The notes beneath the pieces were generated by a model that made no database searches, had not been told where the DNA came from, and saw only the letters and a list, made by a program, of their open reading frames with translations. Below are positions 12,725 to 25,976 of a DNA stretch of 64,000 nucleotides, piece by piece (positions within the stretch are counted from its first letter, which is position 1; every line of letters starts with the position of its first letter). Made by a program: the position numbers and the translations under genes. This DNA comes from Eledone cirrhosa (taxonomy: Eukaryota), in NCBI GenBank assembly GCA_964016885.1, contig OZ024741.1:270382001-270446000 (forward strand). Reading direction: 5' to 3'.

Positions 12725-12810
12725 ACACACGCGTACAAATCCAAAGAGATCTGTTTCGCCAGGAAGTTGTTGACTGAAATGGAATAGCCTATGGTTCATC
12801 AACGCGTGTA
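12725..12810 (-). ncRNA. Type I hammerhead ribozyme motif with 8-bp stem III (C3U variant core)
   Basis: Minus strand reads acacgcg-TTGATGA-a cca..tgg c-GAAA-cagatct cttt ggattt-GTA-cgcgtgt. Stem I is a perfect 7 bp; stem III is 8 bp with G-U pairs. Confidence 0.65.
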
Positions 12811-13217
12811 AAACTATACATTCCAGACAACTCTAAGAGAATCTAAAGCAACCGTCCAGTTACTCGCGGCAGAGACTGGAATGTGACAATGTGAAATAAA
12901 GTGTCTTGCTCAAGGAAACAACACATCACCCGGTCTGAGAATTGAACTCACAACCTTTCGATTGCAAGGCCAATGCTCTAACCACTAAGCCATGTGCCTC
13001 CATATATGTATATCTATATCATCATCATCATTTTACGTCCGCTTTTCCCTGCTTGCATATATATATATGTGTATATATATATCATCATCATCATCATCCT
13101 CTTCGTTTAACGTCCATCTTCCACGCTCATATAGGTCGATCTGGCAGGTTTTCTATGGCTGGATGCCCTTCCTAACACCAACCACATTTACAGTGTGGAA
13201 CTGGAAACTTCTATATG

Positions 13218-13248
<31 letters not shown>

Positions 13249-13421
13249 ATGTATATATGTATGTATATATTTGTATATGTATATATATGTGTATGTATAT
13301 ATATATGTATATGTATATTTATATGTATATATATATATGTGTATGTATATATATATATATATGTATATTTATATGTATATGTATGTATATTTATATGTAT
13401 ATTTATATGTATATATATATG

Positions 13422-13473
<52 letters not shown>

Positions 13474-13503
13474 CATATATATATGTGTGTGTGTATATAT
13501 GTA

Positions 13504-14380
13504 TCATCATCATCATCATCGTTTAACGCCCATCTTCCACACTTGCATGGGTTTGGACGGGAATTTTCCCACTTCAGGCAAGATTGGTTGTCTTGCTCGC
13601 ACAGGACTTTTCTACGGCTGGATGCCCTTCCTAACACCAACCACGTTTACAGTGTGGACGTGGAGGTTTTTACCGTGTTACCTACGCGGCCACATTACAG
13701 CGTGGACTGTTTTTTTGTTGTGACACCTACAGGACCTCATTTGTTTCGGCCTGGATGTTGTGGTACCAACATAACTTTACACCGAAAGGGGTGGTCTGGA
13801 TGGGGTGGGGTTAGTGGGACGGGAGTGTATTTTGTTAGAGGTGCCTACTGACTGTAGTAGGTTTCACTTTGTACTTAGGTAAGGCGGGTCTTCTGTATTA
13901 CTGTGTAGCGCCAAAGATCACGGTCCAGTGACATTGTCTTGGAGAGGTGTAAGTGTGTGAGGTCGGAATTTATCAAGTCCTCCCAGGTTTTTCTGGGTCT
14001 GCCTACTCCGTGGCTACCGTCTATTTTTATTGCCCTGCACTTTTTATACGGCTGTCGTCTTTCATGCGCATCACGTGACCATACCAACGTAGTCTTCTCT
14101 CGAGTAAACAACATCTGATCCCTCTTATTTCTAATTTTTCCCTTAGTTCGTTTATGCTTTGCCGTTCACGTATATTATTATTAAACATCCAGCGGAGCAT
14201 GCAGGCTTCGTTCCTCTCCAGTCTGCGTATATCCTCTGCACACAATGCCCAGGTCTCACTGCCATGCAACATTGCTGTTCGTATGCAGGCATCATACAGC
14301 CTGCCTTTCATTTTTAGGGAGAATCCTTTAGCAGCTAATAGTGGTATAAGCTCTCTGAACTTTTTCCATCCAGTTCTGAC
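13504..14380 (-). mobile_element. RTE LINE (subfamily A) 3' fragment with (ATG)n tail
   Basis: MLHGSETW...RRLRWYGHVMR...GRPRKTW, followed by a 3'UTR and (cat)n at 13504. Confidence 0.88.
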
Positions 14381-14452
14381 TATATATGTATGTATATATA
14401 TGTATATATATGTTATATATTTGTATGTATATATATGTGTATTATATATATG

Positions 14453-14497
<45 letters not shown>

Positions 14498-14689
14498 CTA
14501 TATGTATATATATGTATGTATATGTATGTATATGAATGTATGATATATATATATATGTATGTATATATATGTATATATATGTATGTATATATATGTATAT
14601 ATATATATGTATATGAACATATATATGTATGTATATATATATACATACATACATATATATGAACATATATATTTTTTCATTTCATTTTC

Positions 14690-15019
14690 ATTTCATTTTA
14701 CGTCTGCTGTTCCCTGCTTCCAAGGGTGGGACGGGAACTGGTTCTGGCTTGATTTCTACAGCTGGATGCCCTTCCTAACACCAACCTCATTTATAGTGAG
14801 TGCTAGGTGCTTTTTTGCCGTGGCGCCTACACGTCCACTTTGCAGTGGAATAATAGGGAACCCAGTCCTTATCATCTTATTTTTACAGCTGAGTAAACTG
14901 GAGCAATGGGAAATAAAGTGTCTTGCTCAAGGAAACAACACATCACCAGGTCTGAGAATTGAACTCACAACCTTTCGATTGCAAGGCCAATGCTCTAACC
15001 ACTAAGCCATGTGCCTCCA
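14690..15019 (-). mobile_element. tRNA-head + CORE + RTE-tail SINE, near full length
   Basis: Minus strand begins tggaggcacatggcttagtggttagagc...gagttcaattct, then CORE, then a tail shared with the RTE 3'UTR. Confidence 0.85.
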
Positions 15020-15081
15020 TATATATGTATGTATATATGTATATATATATATATGTATATATATATATGTATGTATATATG

Positions 15082-15115
<34 letters not shown>

Positions 15116-15131
15116 TATGAACATATATATG

Positions 15132-15165
<34 letters not shown>

Positions 15166-15728
15166 TATATGAACATATATATGTATGTATATATATGTAT
15201 ATATATATACATATATATCCATACATATATGGATATATATGTATGTATATATATGTATATATATATATACATATATATACATATATATATATACATACAT
15301 ATATGTATATATATGTATGTATATATATATACATATATATACATACATACATATCATCATCATCGTTTAACGTCCATCTTCCACGCTTGCATGGGTTTGG
15401 ACGGGAATTTTCCCACTTGAGGCAAGAGTGGTTGTCTTGCTCATATAGGACTGTCTGGTAGGTTTTCTACGGCTGGATGCCCTTCCTAACACCAACCACA
15501 TTTACAGTGTGAACTGGGAGGTTTTTACCGTGTTACCTACACGGCCACATTACAGCGTGGACTGTGTGTTTTTTTGTCGTGACACCTACAGGACCTCATT
15601 TGTTTCGGACTGGATGTTGTGGTACCAACATAACTTTACATCGAAAAGGGTGGTGTCGATGGGGGTAGGGATATGGGATAGGGGTGTATTTTGGGTTAGG
15701 AGGTGCCTATATATATGTATGTATATAA

Positions 15729-15765
<37 letters not shown>

Positions 15766-16208
15766 TATGTATGTCCATATATATGTATATACATATATAT
15801 GTATGTGTATCCATCCAGGCCGAAACAAATGAGGTCGTGTAGGTGTCACGACAAAAAAAACACACAGTCCACGCTGTAACGTGGCCGTGTAGGCAACACG
15901 GTAAAAACCTCCAAGCCCCACACTGTAAATGTGGTTGGTGTTAGGAAGGGCATCCAACCGTAGAAAACCCGCCAGACAGTCCACGCTATAATGTGGCCGT
16001 GTAGGCAACACGGTAAAAACCTCCCAGCCCCACACTGTAAATGTGGTTGGTGTTAGGAAGGGCATCCAGCTGTAGAAAACCCGCCAGACAGTCCTATGCG
16101 AGCAAGACAACCACTCTTGCCTCAAGTGGGAAATACCCCCGTCCAAACCCATGCAAGCGTGGAACACGGACGTTACACGTTGATGATGATATATATATAT
16201 GTATGTAT

Positions 16209-16246
<38 letters not shown>

Positions 16247-16533
16247 GTATGTGTATATATATATGTATGTATGTATATATATATATGTGTCCCAACCTTG
16301 CAAGCAGGGAAAAGCGGACGTAAAATGATGATGATGATGATGTGTATATATATATATATGTATGTATATATATATGTATGTATATATATATATGTATATA
16401 TATATGTATGTATATATGTATATATATATATGTATATATGTATATATGTATATATATATATGTATATATGTATATATGTATATATATATATGTATGTATA
16501 TATATATGTATATATATGCATGTATATATATAT

Positions 16534-16873
16534 ATCATCATCATCATAATTTTGAGTCCACTTTTCCCTGCTTGCAAGGGTGGGACGGGAACTGATTCTG
16601 GCTTGATTTCTACAGCTGGATGCCCTTCCTAACACCAACCTCATTTACAGTGAGTGCTGGGTGCTTTTTTGCTGTGGCACCTGCACGACCACTTTGCAGT
16701 GGAATGATATGGACCCCAGTCCCTATCATCTCATTTCTACAGCTGAGTAAACTGGAGCAATGTGAAATAAAGTGTCTTGCTCAAGGAAACAACACATCAC
16801 CCGGTCTGAGAATTGAACTCTCAACCTTTCGAATGCAAGGCCAATGCTCTAACCACTGAGCCAAGTGCCTCCA
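16534..16873 (-). mobile_element. tRNA-head + CORE + RTE-tail SINE, full length with (ATG)n tail
   Basis: Near-identical to 14690-15019; partial copies at 11067-11335, 12887-13002, 16286-16340 and 17352-17450. Confidence 0.85.
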
Positions 16874-16977
16874 TATGTATATATATCTATGTATATATAT
16901 CTATGTATATATATATATATATGTATATATATTTACATGTATATATGTATATATGTATGTATATATATATATGTATG

Positions 16978-17010
<33 letters not shown>

Positions 17011-17457
17011 GTATGTATATATGTATGTATATATGTTTGTATATATGTATGTATATGTATATATGTATGTATATATATATATATGTATATATGTATATGT
17101 ATATATGTATATGTATATATGTATGTATATATGTATGTATATATGTATGTATATATGTATGTATATATATATATGTATATATGTATGTATATATATATAT
17201 GTATATATGTATGTATGTATATATATATGTATGTATATATGTATGTATATATGTATGTATATATATGTATGTACGTATGTATGTATGTATATATATATAT
17301 ATGTATGTATATATGTATGTACATATATAGATATATATATACATACAATAGACTGTAAATGAGGTTGGTGTTAGGAAGGGCATCCAGCTGTAGAAATCAA
17401 GCCAGAATCAGTTCCCGTCCCACCCTTGCAAGCAGGGAAAAGCGGACTGTTGCTGCT

Positions 17458-17488
<31 letters not shown>

Positions 17489-17539
17489 ATGATAGTGGCG
17501 GCGGCGGCGGCGATGATGATGATTGTATAGGTATGTATG

Positions 17540-17576
<37 letters not shown>

Positions 17577-17583
17577 AGGTATG

Positions 17584-17615
<32 letters not shown>

Positions 17616-17888
17616 TATATGTATGTATATATATGTATATATATATGTATGTATATATATGTATATATATATATATGTATGTATATATATGTATATATAT
17701 ATATATGTATGTATTTATATGTATATATCTATATATGTATGTATATATATGTATATATATATCAAGGTGTATATATATATGTATGTATATATATATATAT
17801 CTATGTGTATATATATATGTATATATGTATATTTGTATATATATATGTATATTTGTTAATATCGTATATAAATATATATATATATTTA

Positions 17889-20135
17889 TCATCATCATCA
17901 CCGTTTTACGTCCGTTCTTCCACGCTAGCATGGGTTAGATGGGTTGTCCTGTTGTGTGCAGTGTCTGGTCGGCTGACCATGCCTTGCTCATACAAGAACT
18001 GATTTGGCTTGATTTCTACAGCTGGATGCCCTTCCTAACACCAACCTCATTTACAGTGAGTGCTGGGTGCTTCTTTTCGTGGCACCTACACGTCCACTTT
18101 ACAGTGTGGGCTGGGTGCTTTTTTGCCATAGCACCTCCACGACCACCTTGCAGTGGCATGGTGTGGGGGCATATTGTCTATATGCTTCAGCTTGTACCCA
18201 TGGGAGGTCGGGTACTCTGTATTACTGCGTGACGCCAGAGGTCACGGTCGTGTGTCATCGCCTTTGAGAGGTGTAATTGGGTAAGGTCGGCTTTTATCAC
18301 CTCATCCCAGGTCATCTTGGGTCCCCCCACTCCACGTTGTCCATCGACTTCTAGTGCTCTGCACCTTTTTATGCAGCTGTCATCCTTCATACGCATCACA
18401 TGTCCATACCAACGCAACCGCCTCTCCTGCACACACCATTTGATTCCTCTTATGCTCAGTCTCTCTCTCAATTCATTTATGCTTTGTCGTTCGCGTATAT
18501 TACTGTTACACATCCATCGGAGCATGCAGGCTTCGTTTCTCTCTAATCTACATAAGTCTTCAACCTTCACCACCCAGGTCTCACTACCATGTAACATTGC
18601 TGTTCGGATACACGCATCATACAGTCTGCCTTTCATTTTGAGGGAGAAGCCTTTTGCAGCTAGCCGTGGCCGTAGTTCTCTGAACTTCTTCCATCCCGTT
18701 CTTACCCTAGTTATTGTAATTTCTGAACACCCACCTCCGCTGCTAATTCGGTCACCCAAGCTGTCTACTGTCTCTACAGAGTCCTCCCAGAGATTGGTGG
18801 TACTTGTTTCCTGTGGCTGTTTGCTGCTTGCTGTCCCAGTACAGCTTCTGCATGTGAAGCCTACATTCTTAATTAAGCTTCCTGAGATCCCACTACATCT
18901 CTTGTGTACCCATTGTTTGCATTTGGGGAAGAGAATGGAGTTCCTACCTACACCTTTCCTACATACTGAGCAAGGCCATTTCCCTGGGGGGATCTGGGTT
19001 CTGTTTTTTCGTCTACTTACAAGGACCTTAGTCTTTGTCATGTTGACTTTGAGACCCTTTCTTTCTAGTCCCTGCTTCCAAGTTTGGAATTTCTTCTATA
19101 GTTCTACCATAGATTCAGCTATAAGTGCGAGGTCATCAGCATACAGGAGTTCCCATGGGCATCCGGTCTTAAACTCCTCCGTTATTGCCTGCAGGACTAT
19201 GATGAACAGGAGAAGGCTAAGAACAGAGCCCTGGTGGACACCAACCTGTACGCTAAATTCCTTGCTATACTCATTGCTAATCCTAACTTTGCTGACTGCT
19301 CCCCTATACATGGCTTGTACAGCTTTCACAAACCATTCATCTACTCCTAGTTTTCTAAGAGCCCACCAGATTACAGCACGTGGAACTCTGTCAAAGGCTT
19401 TCTCGAGATCGACGAATGCCAGGTAGAGTGGCTTACTTTTAGCTAGGTACTTTTCCTGTAACTGCCTCACAACGAAGAGGGCATCAGTGGTGCCTCTTCC
19501 TGGTACAAACCCAAATTGCATCTCATCTAGTTTCACCCAGTCCCTAATCAACTGTGCTATAACTCTTTCTGTTACTTTCATGACCTGGTCCATCAGCTTT
19601 ATATCTCTATAGTTTCCTCTATCGAGTGCATCACCTTTACCTTTGTAGCAGTTGACAATGATGCTACTGCACCAATCTTTTGGTGTGACACCTTCTAGTA
19701 TTACCTGGTTAACAATACGTGTGGTTATAGTGTGACCTACAGACCCAGATGCCTTCAGCATCTCGGCAGCTATACTCGATGGACCGGTTGCCTTCCCCAT
19801 CTTCATATCTTTGATTGCCTTACTTACTACGCTGTTGCTGACTTGTACTGCTGGCCCCTCTATAGGGTCTACTTCGGGTAGGGTCTCTTCTTCCAATGCA
19901 TTCTCCTCATTTAGTAATCTATCATAATGACGCTTCCATACATCTTTCTTCTCAGCACTTGTGAGGGCAAGCTCACCTTTATCATTCCGGATACACTTCT
20001 CTTCAATGACATCACAATTCTCTCTGACACACTGCCTCGCAATCTTGAACACCTCCTGTTTCTGGTCCTCACGTTGCAAAACCTGCTTGAATTTTCTATC
20101 CTCTGCTTCCCTCCTAGCTAAGTATACTTGTCGCT
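17889..20135 (-). mobile_element. RTE LINE (subfamily B), RT and C-terminal Cys-rich region; one in-frame TAG at 19096-19098
   Basis: LAFVDLEKAFDRVPR, GVHQGSVLS, ELLYADDLALIAES, WPCSVCRKGVGRNS. ORFs 19096-20199 and 18187-19041 are in frame; (cat)n tail at 17889. Confidence 0.95.
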
Positions 20136-20159
20136 TATACATATATATATATATGTATA

Positions 20160-21087
<928 letters not shown>

Positions 21088-21143
21088 TATTGAAGTTTGC
21101 TTGAAGCATTGTGGAATAATAATATATATATATAGATAGATAA

Positions 21144-22314
21144 TCTGTATATATATAAAATTAAGTATGTGTGTCTGTGTATTACCTACAGGGGCCTACA
21201 TCTTATGACCGATTTTCATGAAACTTTACAAGCTCATAGATTAGTCATCGGGGAGTGTTTTCTATACATCAGTCTACGTTTTTTTATTCCGGGGTCATTC
21301 TGCAGATAAAAATCGATAGGGGGTCACCTTTTTTTAGGTATCGAAAAATAAGATTTTTGGCTCTAGCTCCCACATTTTGCCACCGATTTCATTCAAATTT
21401 TAAAGCAAAATAGAATTTATCATTGCACATCCAGCAATGGCTTCATATTTTGCATTTGTTGTTCAGGGTCAACGTGGCAGCCGCTTAAATATTCTAAAAT
21501 ACCACTTTTAGACTTAAATTTTCACTTTATCGGCTCTAGCTCCCACATTAATCAACTTACTTTGTTCAAATTTTACACTACGCTAGATCTGATTATTTCA
21601 CATCTTAAAGTGGCTTTACATTTGGGATTTTTTGTTCAGGAACGGCGTGACAGCTGCTTAAATATTCAAAAATACCACCTTTTCGCTCAAATTTCCGCCT
21701 TTTCGGCTCAAGCTCCCACATTTTTCAACCGATTTTGTTCAAATTCGAAACTCCGGCTCCTCCTCACACATAAGTCAATTTATTTGGTTCAACTTTTATA
21801 CTACGATAGAACCTATCATTGCACATCTTATAGTAGCTTTACACTTTGCATTTTTTGTTCAGGTACGGCAACCTATCATTAGCTCCCACATTTTTCAACC
21901 GATTTCGTTCAAATTCGAAACTTCGGCTCCACCTCACACATAAATCAATTTATTTGGTTCAACTTTTATACTATGATAGAACCTATCATTGCACATCTTA
22001 TAGATGGTCAAAGACAAAACGATGGCCACTGACGTCGTCTGAGCTTTTAGTTGTGTATTTGAGAATTTATCGGTTTCCAATCAAGTAGCGTGAGGAAATT
22101 TGGCTTAGTGTTAGAGGTCATTACCTCCCTCCCTCAGCATGCCCCTTCGTCAGTCACCCGCGTTTCTCAGTGATAGAGGTCATCACCACCCTCCCCCGCA
22201 TGGCCTGTTTGTGGCCATAGATGAGTCATCGAGAAGCAGTCGCTAAGATCAACACCTTTTCATCAAAGCAGATATTATTTTACCTACCCAGGCAACGCTG
22301 GGTTCTGCTGCTAG
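21144..22314 (+). mobile_element. Non-autonomous Helitron-like element with internal repeated subunits
   Basis: A|TCTGTATATATATAAAA start; subterminal hairpin cccaggcaacgctggg; CTAG|T end; repeated motif ctagctcccacatttt..ccgattt..ttcaaatt. Confidence 0.75.
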
Positions 22315-23154
22315 TAAAATAATACAAGGATGATTTGTTAAGCCGTCATTACGTTTATTGACTGGTGACGTGTGTTTCACTATTGATTAGCTCAAGGTTC
22401 GATCTGTATTGATCTGGAATCAAAAGAATCTGTCTAGCTCTACACCTCGCCACTGACGTGAACCTAAACGAGTACTCACCTGGGTGAACCTACAGTAACT
22501 TCACGTTACACTCCCTGGATATATATATATATTTCAAGGAAACAACAAACGAGAGGTACAAAAAGTCTTTTTACTTTCACGCTTTATATGAAATGGGGAA
22601 AGAAAGTTTGACGTGTTGGGCTTTAGCCCTTCTTCAAGAGTACAGAAATAGAGACAGGATCACAAAGGATAGATACGGTAGATAAAAAGTAGTTTGTAGT
22701 AATAAAAAAAACAACAAAAAAACGAAAATAAGGAAGTAAACAAGACAAAACGGGTTCCTATCATTAAGAAAACCATGAGTCTGATGAGCTATTGATTTCA
22801 GGGTTGGATGCATTCAATACTGATTGTACTTTGAGCTGATCAATCGTGAAACGTGCGTCACACATAAATGAACCTCTTTCCTGGGTAATTGCTGGCCTTG
22901 TGCCAAATGTAAAAACAATTATTATTAGAATTGGCTGTATCGCGAGAGGGTCGGACCCCATGCAATTGACATTCTGAGTTCAAATCCCACCGAGGTTAAC
23001 TTTGCCTTTCATCCTTACGGGGTCGATAAAATAAAGTACCAGTAATGTACTGGAATAATTGCTGGCCTTGTGCCAAAAGTAGAAACAATTATTATTTCTA
23101 TTATTATCATCATCACGTCTGCTTTTTCATGCTAGCATGGATTGGACATTTTAT

Positions 23155-24375
23155 AACATAATAATAATAATAATGAAATTATTGTGTAAAGTGCTCAGGT
23201 GCACTACAACTCGTCAAAGGTGTATGTGTAGTACATAGAATAATATACAAATGTCAGGGAAGTGAATAGTGTCATGGTATACATGTGTGTATGTGTATGG
23301 AGGGGGAACATTAGCTGTAGTGTTGGCGGATCTCGGAAAGCATGGAGGCCTTAAAGGATGCAGTGTCTCGACAGCTAACAACTGATGCAGGTAGTTTGTT
23401 CCATGCTTCAGCAACTCTGAGCGTGAAAAAATGTTTCCGAAAGTCATGGGAACTGTGCTGTTTTCTTACTTTGTGGGCATGTCCACGTGTGTTAGACACA
23501 TGGAAATCAAAAAGGTACTCAGGGGTGTTGTTGGCAACATGGTTAACAATTTTGTGGGTGTTTACCAAGTCAGTTGCCAGGCGTCGGAGCTTCAATGTAT
23601 CCATGCCCAGGGAAGCAAGGCCCTCAGAGTATGGTAGATGCCTGATGGAGGGTATTCGCTTGGTTGCACGTCTCTGAACAGTTTCCAGGCGGTCAATGTT
23701 CTGAGCAAGATAGGGGTTCCAGACTGGTGATGCAAATTCTAAGTGTGGTCGCACCATAGCCATGTACAGCCTTAAATAGATATCTGGAGAGCGGCTGACA
23801 AAGGTCTTGCTGAGTGATGCTAAGACACCTTCGGCCCTCTTGACAATTTTAGAGACGTGCTTCGTCCAACGCAAATCGCTGAGCTAGCTTGAGTTGCCAG
23901 TCTGAGATCCATTGTTGCATTGTGTCCAGGTCAGACTGCAAGCAAGATCTATAGTGTTCAGGATCTGTCCTTTTTATCTCAAGGTACAGCTTGATGTCGT
24001 CTGCGTACTTTAGTACCGTGGCATTCTTTAAGTTGGCATCTATGTCATTAATATATGCCACAAACAAAAGGGGCCAAGAATAGATCCCTGTGGTACACCA
24101 GATGACATCTCATATGGTGAGGAATGCTGTCCCAGAACCGTGACTACCTCTCTTTGACTGAGAATGAAGGACTTCAACCAGTTAAAAAGATCATCCTTCA
24201 CACCCATTGCAGAGAGTTTTGCCATAAGCCTTTTGTGTGGCACAGAATTGAAGGCTTTCGCAAAGTCAGGGTAAACAACATCCACCCATGAGCCGCCATC
24301 AGTGATCCGGGTGATGTCCTCAAGAAACTCTAAAGTTGATCACAGCAGCTGGAGTTGGGGATAAATCCAAATTGT
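23155..24375 (-). mobile_element. CR1-like LINE, 5'-truncated, (TAA)n tail
   Basis: DFAKAFNSVPHKRL, SGVPQGSILGP, KYADDIKLY, VRPHLEFASPVWNPY, TRGH, FFTLRVAEAWNKLP; the same 3'UTR occurs at 3815-3925 and 33560-33900. Confidence 0.92.
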
Positions 24376-24603
24376 GAAATCAAGACAACTTCTTAACAAC
24401 ACTTACAAGCAACGAAACTTCCTGAGTCAGTTTAGCTTGACCTCATTTTTTGTTGTTCACTCTGTTTATTCAGTAGCTAGAATTTTTTCAGAGCCAAGAG
24501 GGCTGACAGAATGTTGTTTTATAGCCGTAGTTGTGTAGCCAATTGATTTTCTAATAGTTTTAATCTGGAAATGTGTGACAGTTGTTATTGATAATTTTGT
24601 TAG

Positions 24604-24729
24604 ATACAGCCAACCAATACAACACAGTGAGGACTCAATATTTACCTAGTCAGATGCTCTCCATTTTTCTATAAGATAATTTTTATTCTAGTTGTCTTTA
24701 AGTTTTGGAATCTTCCAGTCCTGAACAAG
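24604..24729 (+). other. Candidate 5'UTR exon of MFSD13A
   Basis: Consensus donor aag|gtaagt at 24729, 1 kb upstream of the 25725 acceptor. Possible acceptor ttttgttag at 24603 (alternative at 24690). Confidence 0.4.
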
Positions 24730-24744
24730 GTAAGTATTTGTTGT

Positions 24745-25078
24745 TTAACTCTTAACATCTTGTGCCATGTAAAACCATATTCTTGAAAAGTACAAAATGA
24801 CACTATAACTGCATCACATTAAATATTGAACTTGTCTTCATCGTCATTTTTATTTTTCATTCTCTTTCTACTCTAATACTGAAGCTATTCACTATGATCT
24901 GTGTCCACTAGTAAAGAAATTTGAATTCACAAACATATTTTAAAGATATTTTCAGCTAAAACATTACAGGATGTTAAGAGTTACCTCTGTCTACTGGTAA
25001 AGATACTATAAACATTTGAATTAACAAACCCTGTTTTTAGATATTTTCAGCTAAATCATTCCAGAATATTAAGAGTTG
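24745..25078. mobile_element. TTAA-flanked MITE with duplicated end
   Basis: ttaactcttaacatc ... gatgttaagagtta; a related copy in opposite orientation lies at 39450-39676. Confidence 0.6.
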
Positions 25079-25818
25079 GTAAAACAAATCACTGATATTT
25101 TGTGATATTTAGATGAAAAATAATTAAGTTAATGTTAATATATTTGATGTAGTGAGTATTACAGGTAGATAGAGCTTGTTAGCCATGATGTGTCTAGGAG
25201 AAGGATCACTCTGATTTCAAAACTGGGGTAGATGGCCCTTCTTAGTCACCTTGGTGACAACCTTTCAAGTGGTCAACAGCTTCATCCCTGTGATGAAGAC
25301 AGATGAGTTGTGACTCTGTAGCTCAGTATGTCAGGATGTGTCATACTATAGCACACACTGTTACATGTATTATGACATTCTGTGACACATACAATGACAT
25401 ACTGTGACATTGTGACACATACTAAGACAGATATTATGAAGTGACACATACTATGACATACTGTGTCATACTATGATATACTGCAACATTCTATGGCATA
25501 CTGTGACACATACTATGACATATTGTGACACATACTAAATATATCCTGCTTTTTGTCGTGACTACATGACCATTTTACAGTGTGGACTGGGTGCTTTTTG
25601 TTGTGACTACATGACCACTTTACAGTGTGGACTGGGTGCTTTTTGTTGTGACACCTACATGACCACCTTACAGTTTATTTAGATTTGTCTTATAACTACT
25701 TCTGTTTATGTTTTTTTCTTTCAGGACCCAGTTCAATGAAAGAATTTGTTTAAGTTTTGTGAAGTGAAATTACGTGATACCCTCCAGTTGTCTCTAAGTC
25801 TGAACAATTTATAACCAA

Positions 25819-25953
25819 ATGAACCCAGAAATAAGAAACATCTCTTACTCTAATCAAGAAATTATTCAACTATTGGATGCTTGTCTTAAGACAACAAACA
25901 TTTCTGATATTTTTTTCCCTTTTGTCGTATTATTACGAGTCCCTTTGATTTGA
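25819..25953 (+). promoter_or_regulatory. 44-codon uORF in the MFSD13A leader (plus a 5-codon uORF MKEFV near 25736)
   Basis: ATG 25819 reads [44 protein letters not shown] and ends 23 nt before the main ATG. Confidence 0.5.
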
Positions 25954-25976
25954 GAGAATTTCAAGGACATTTCAAA

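Larger units (their letters stand above)
11000..17890. repeat. Compound (TA)n/(TATG)n microsatellite field with embedded RTE/SINE fragments
   Basis: Several kb of TA/TATG repeats; source of the Y/I/M/C/V-rich pseudo-ORFs. Confidence 0.95.

Noticed and set aside
14945-15019. tRNA gene-like sequences
   Set aside because: They are SINE heads with A/B boxes but no intact cloverleaf, and run straight into CORE domains.
12992-18002. Many long Y/I/M/C/V/H-rich ORFs
   Set aside because: They are translations of (TA)n/(TATG)n microsatellites, which lack stop codons.
18317-19426. 369-aa plus-strand ORF
   Set aside because: Antisense shadow of the RTE reverse transcriptase ORF.
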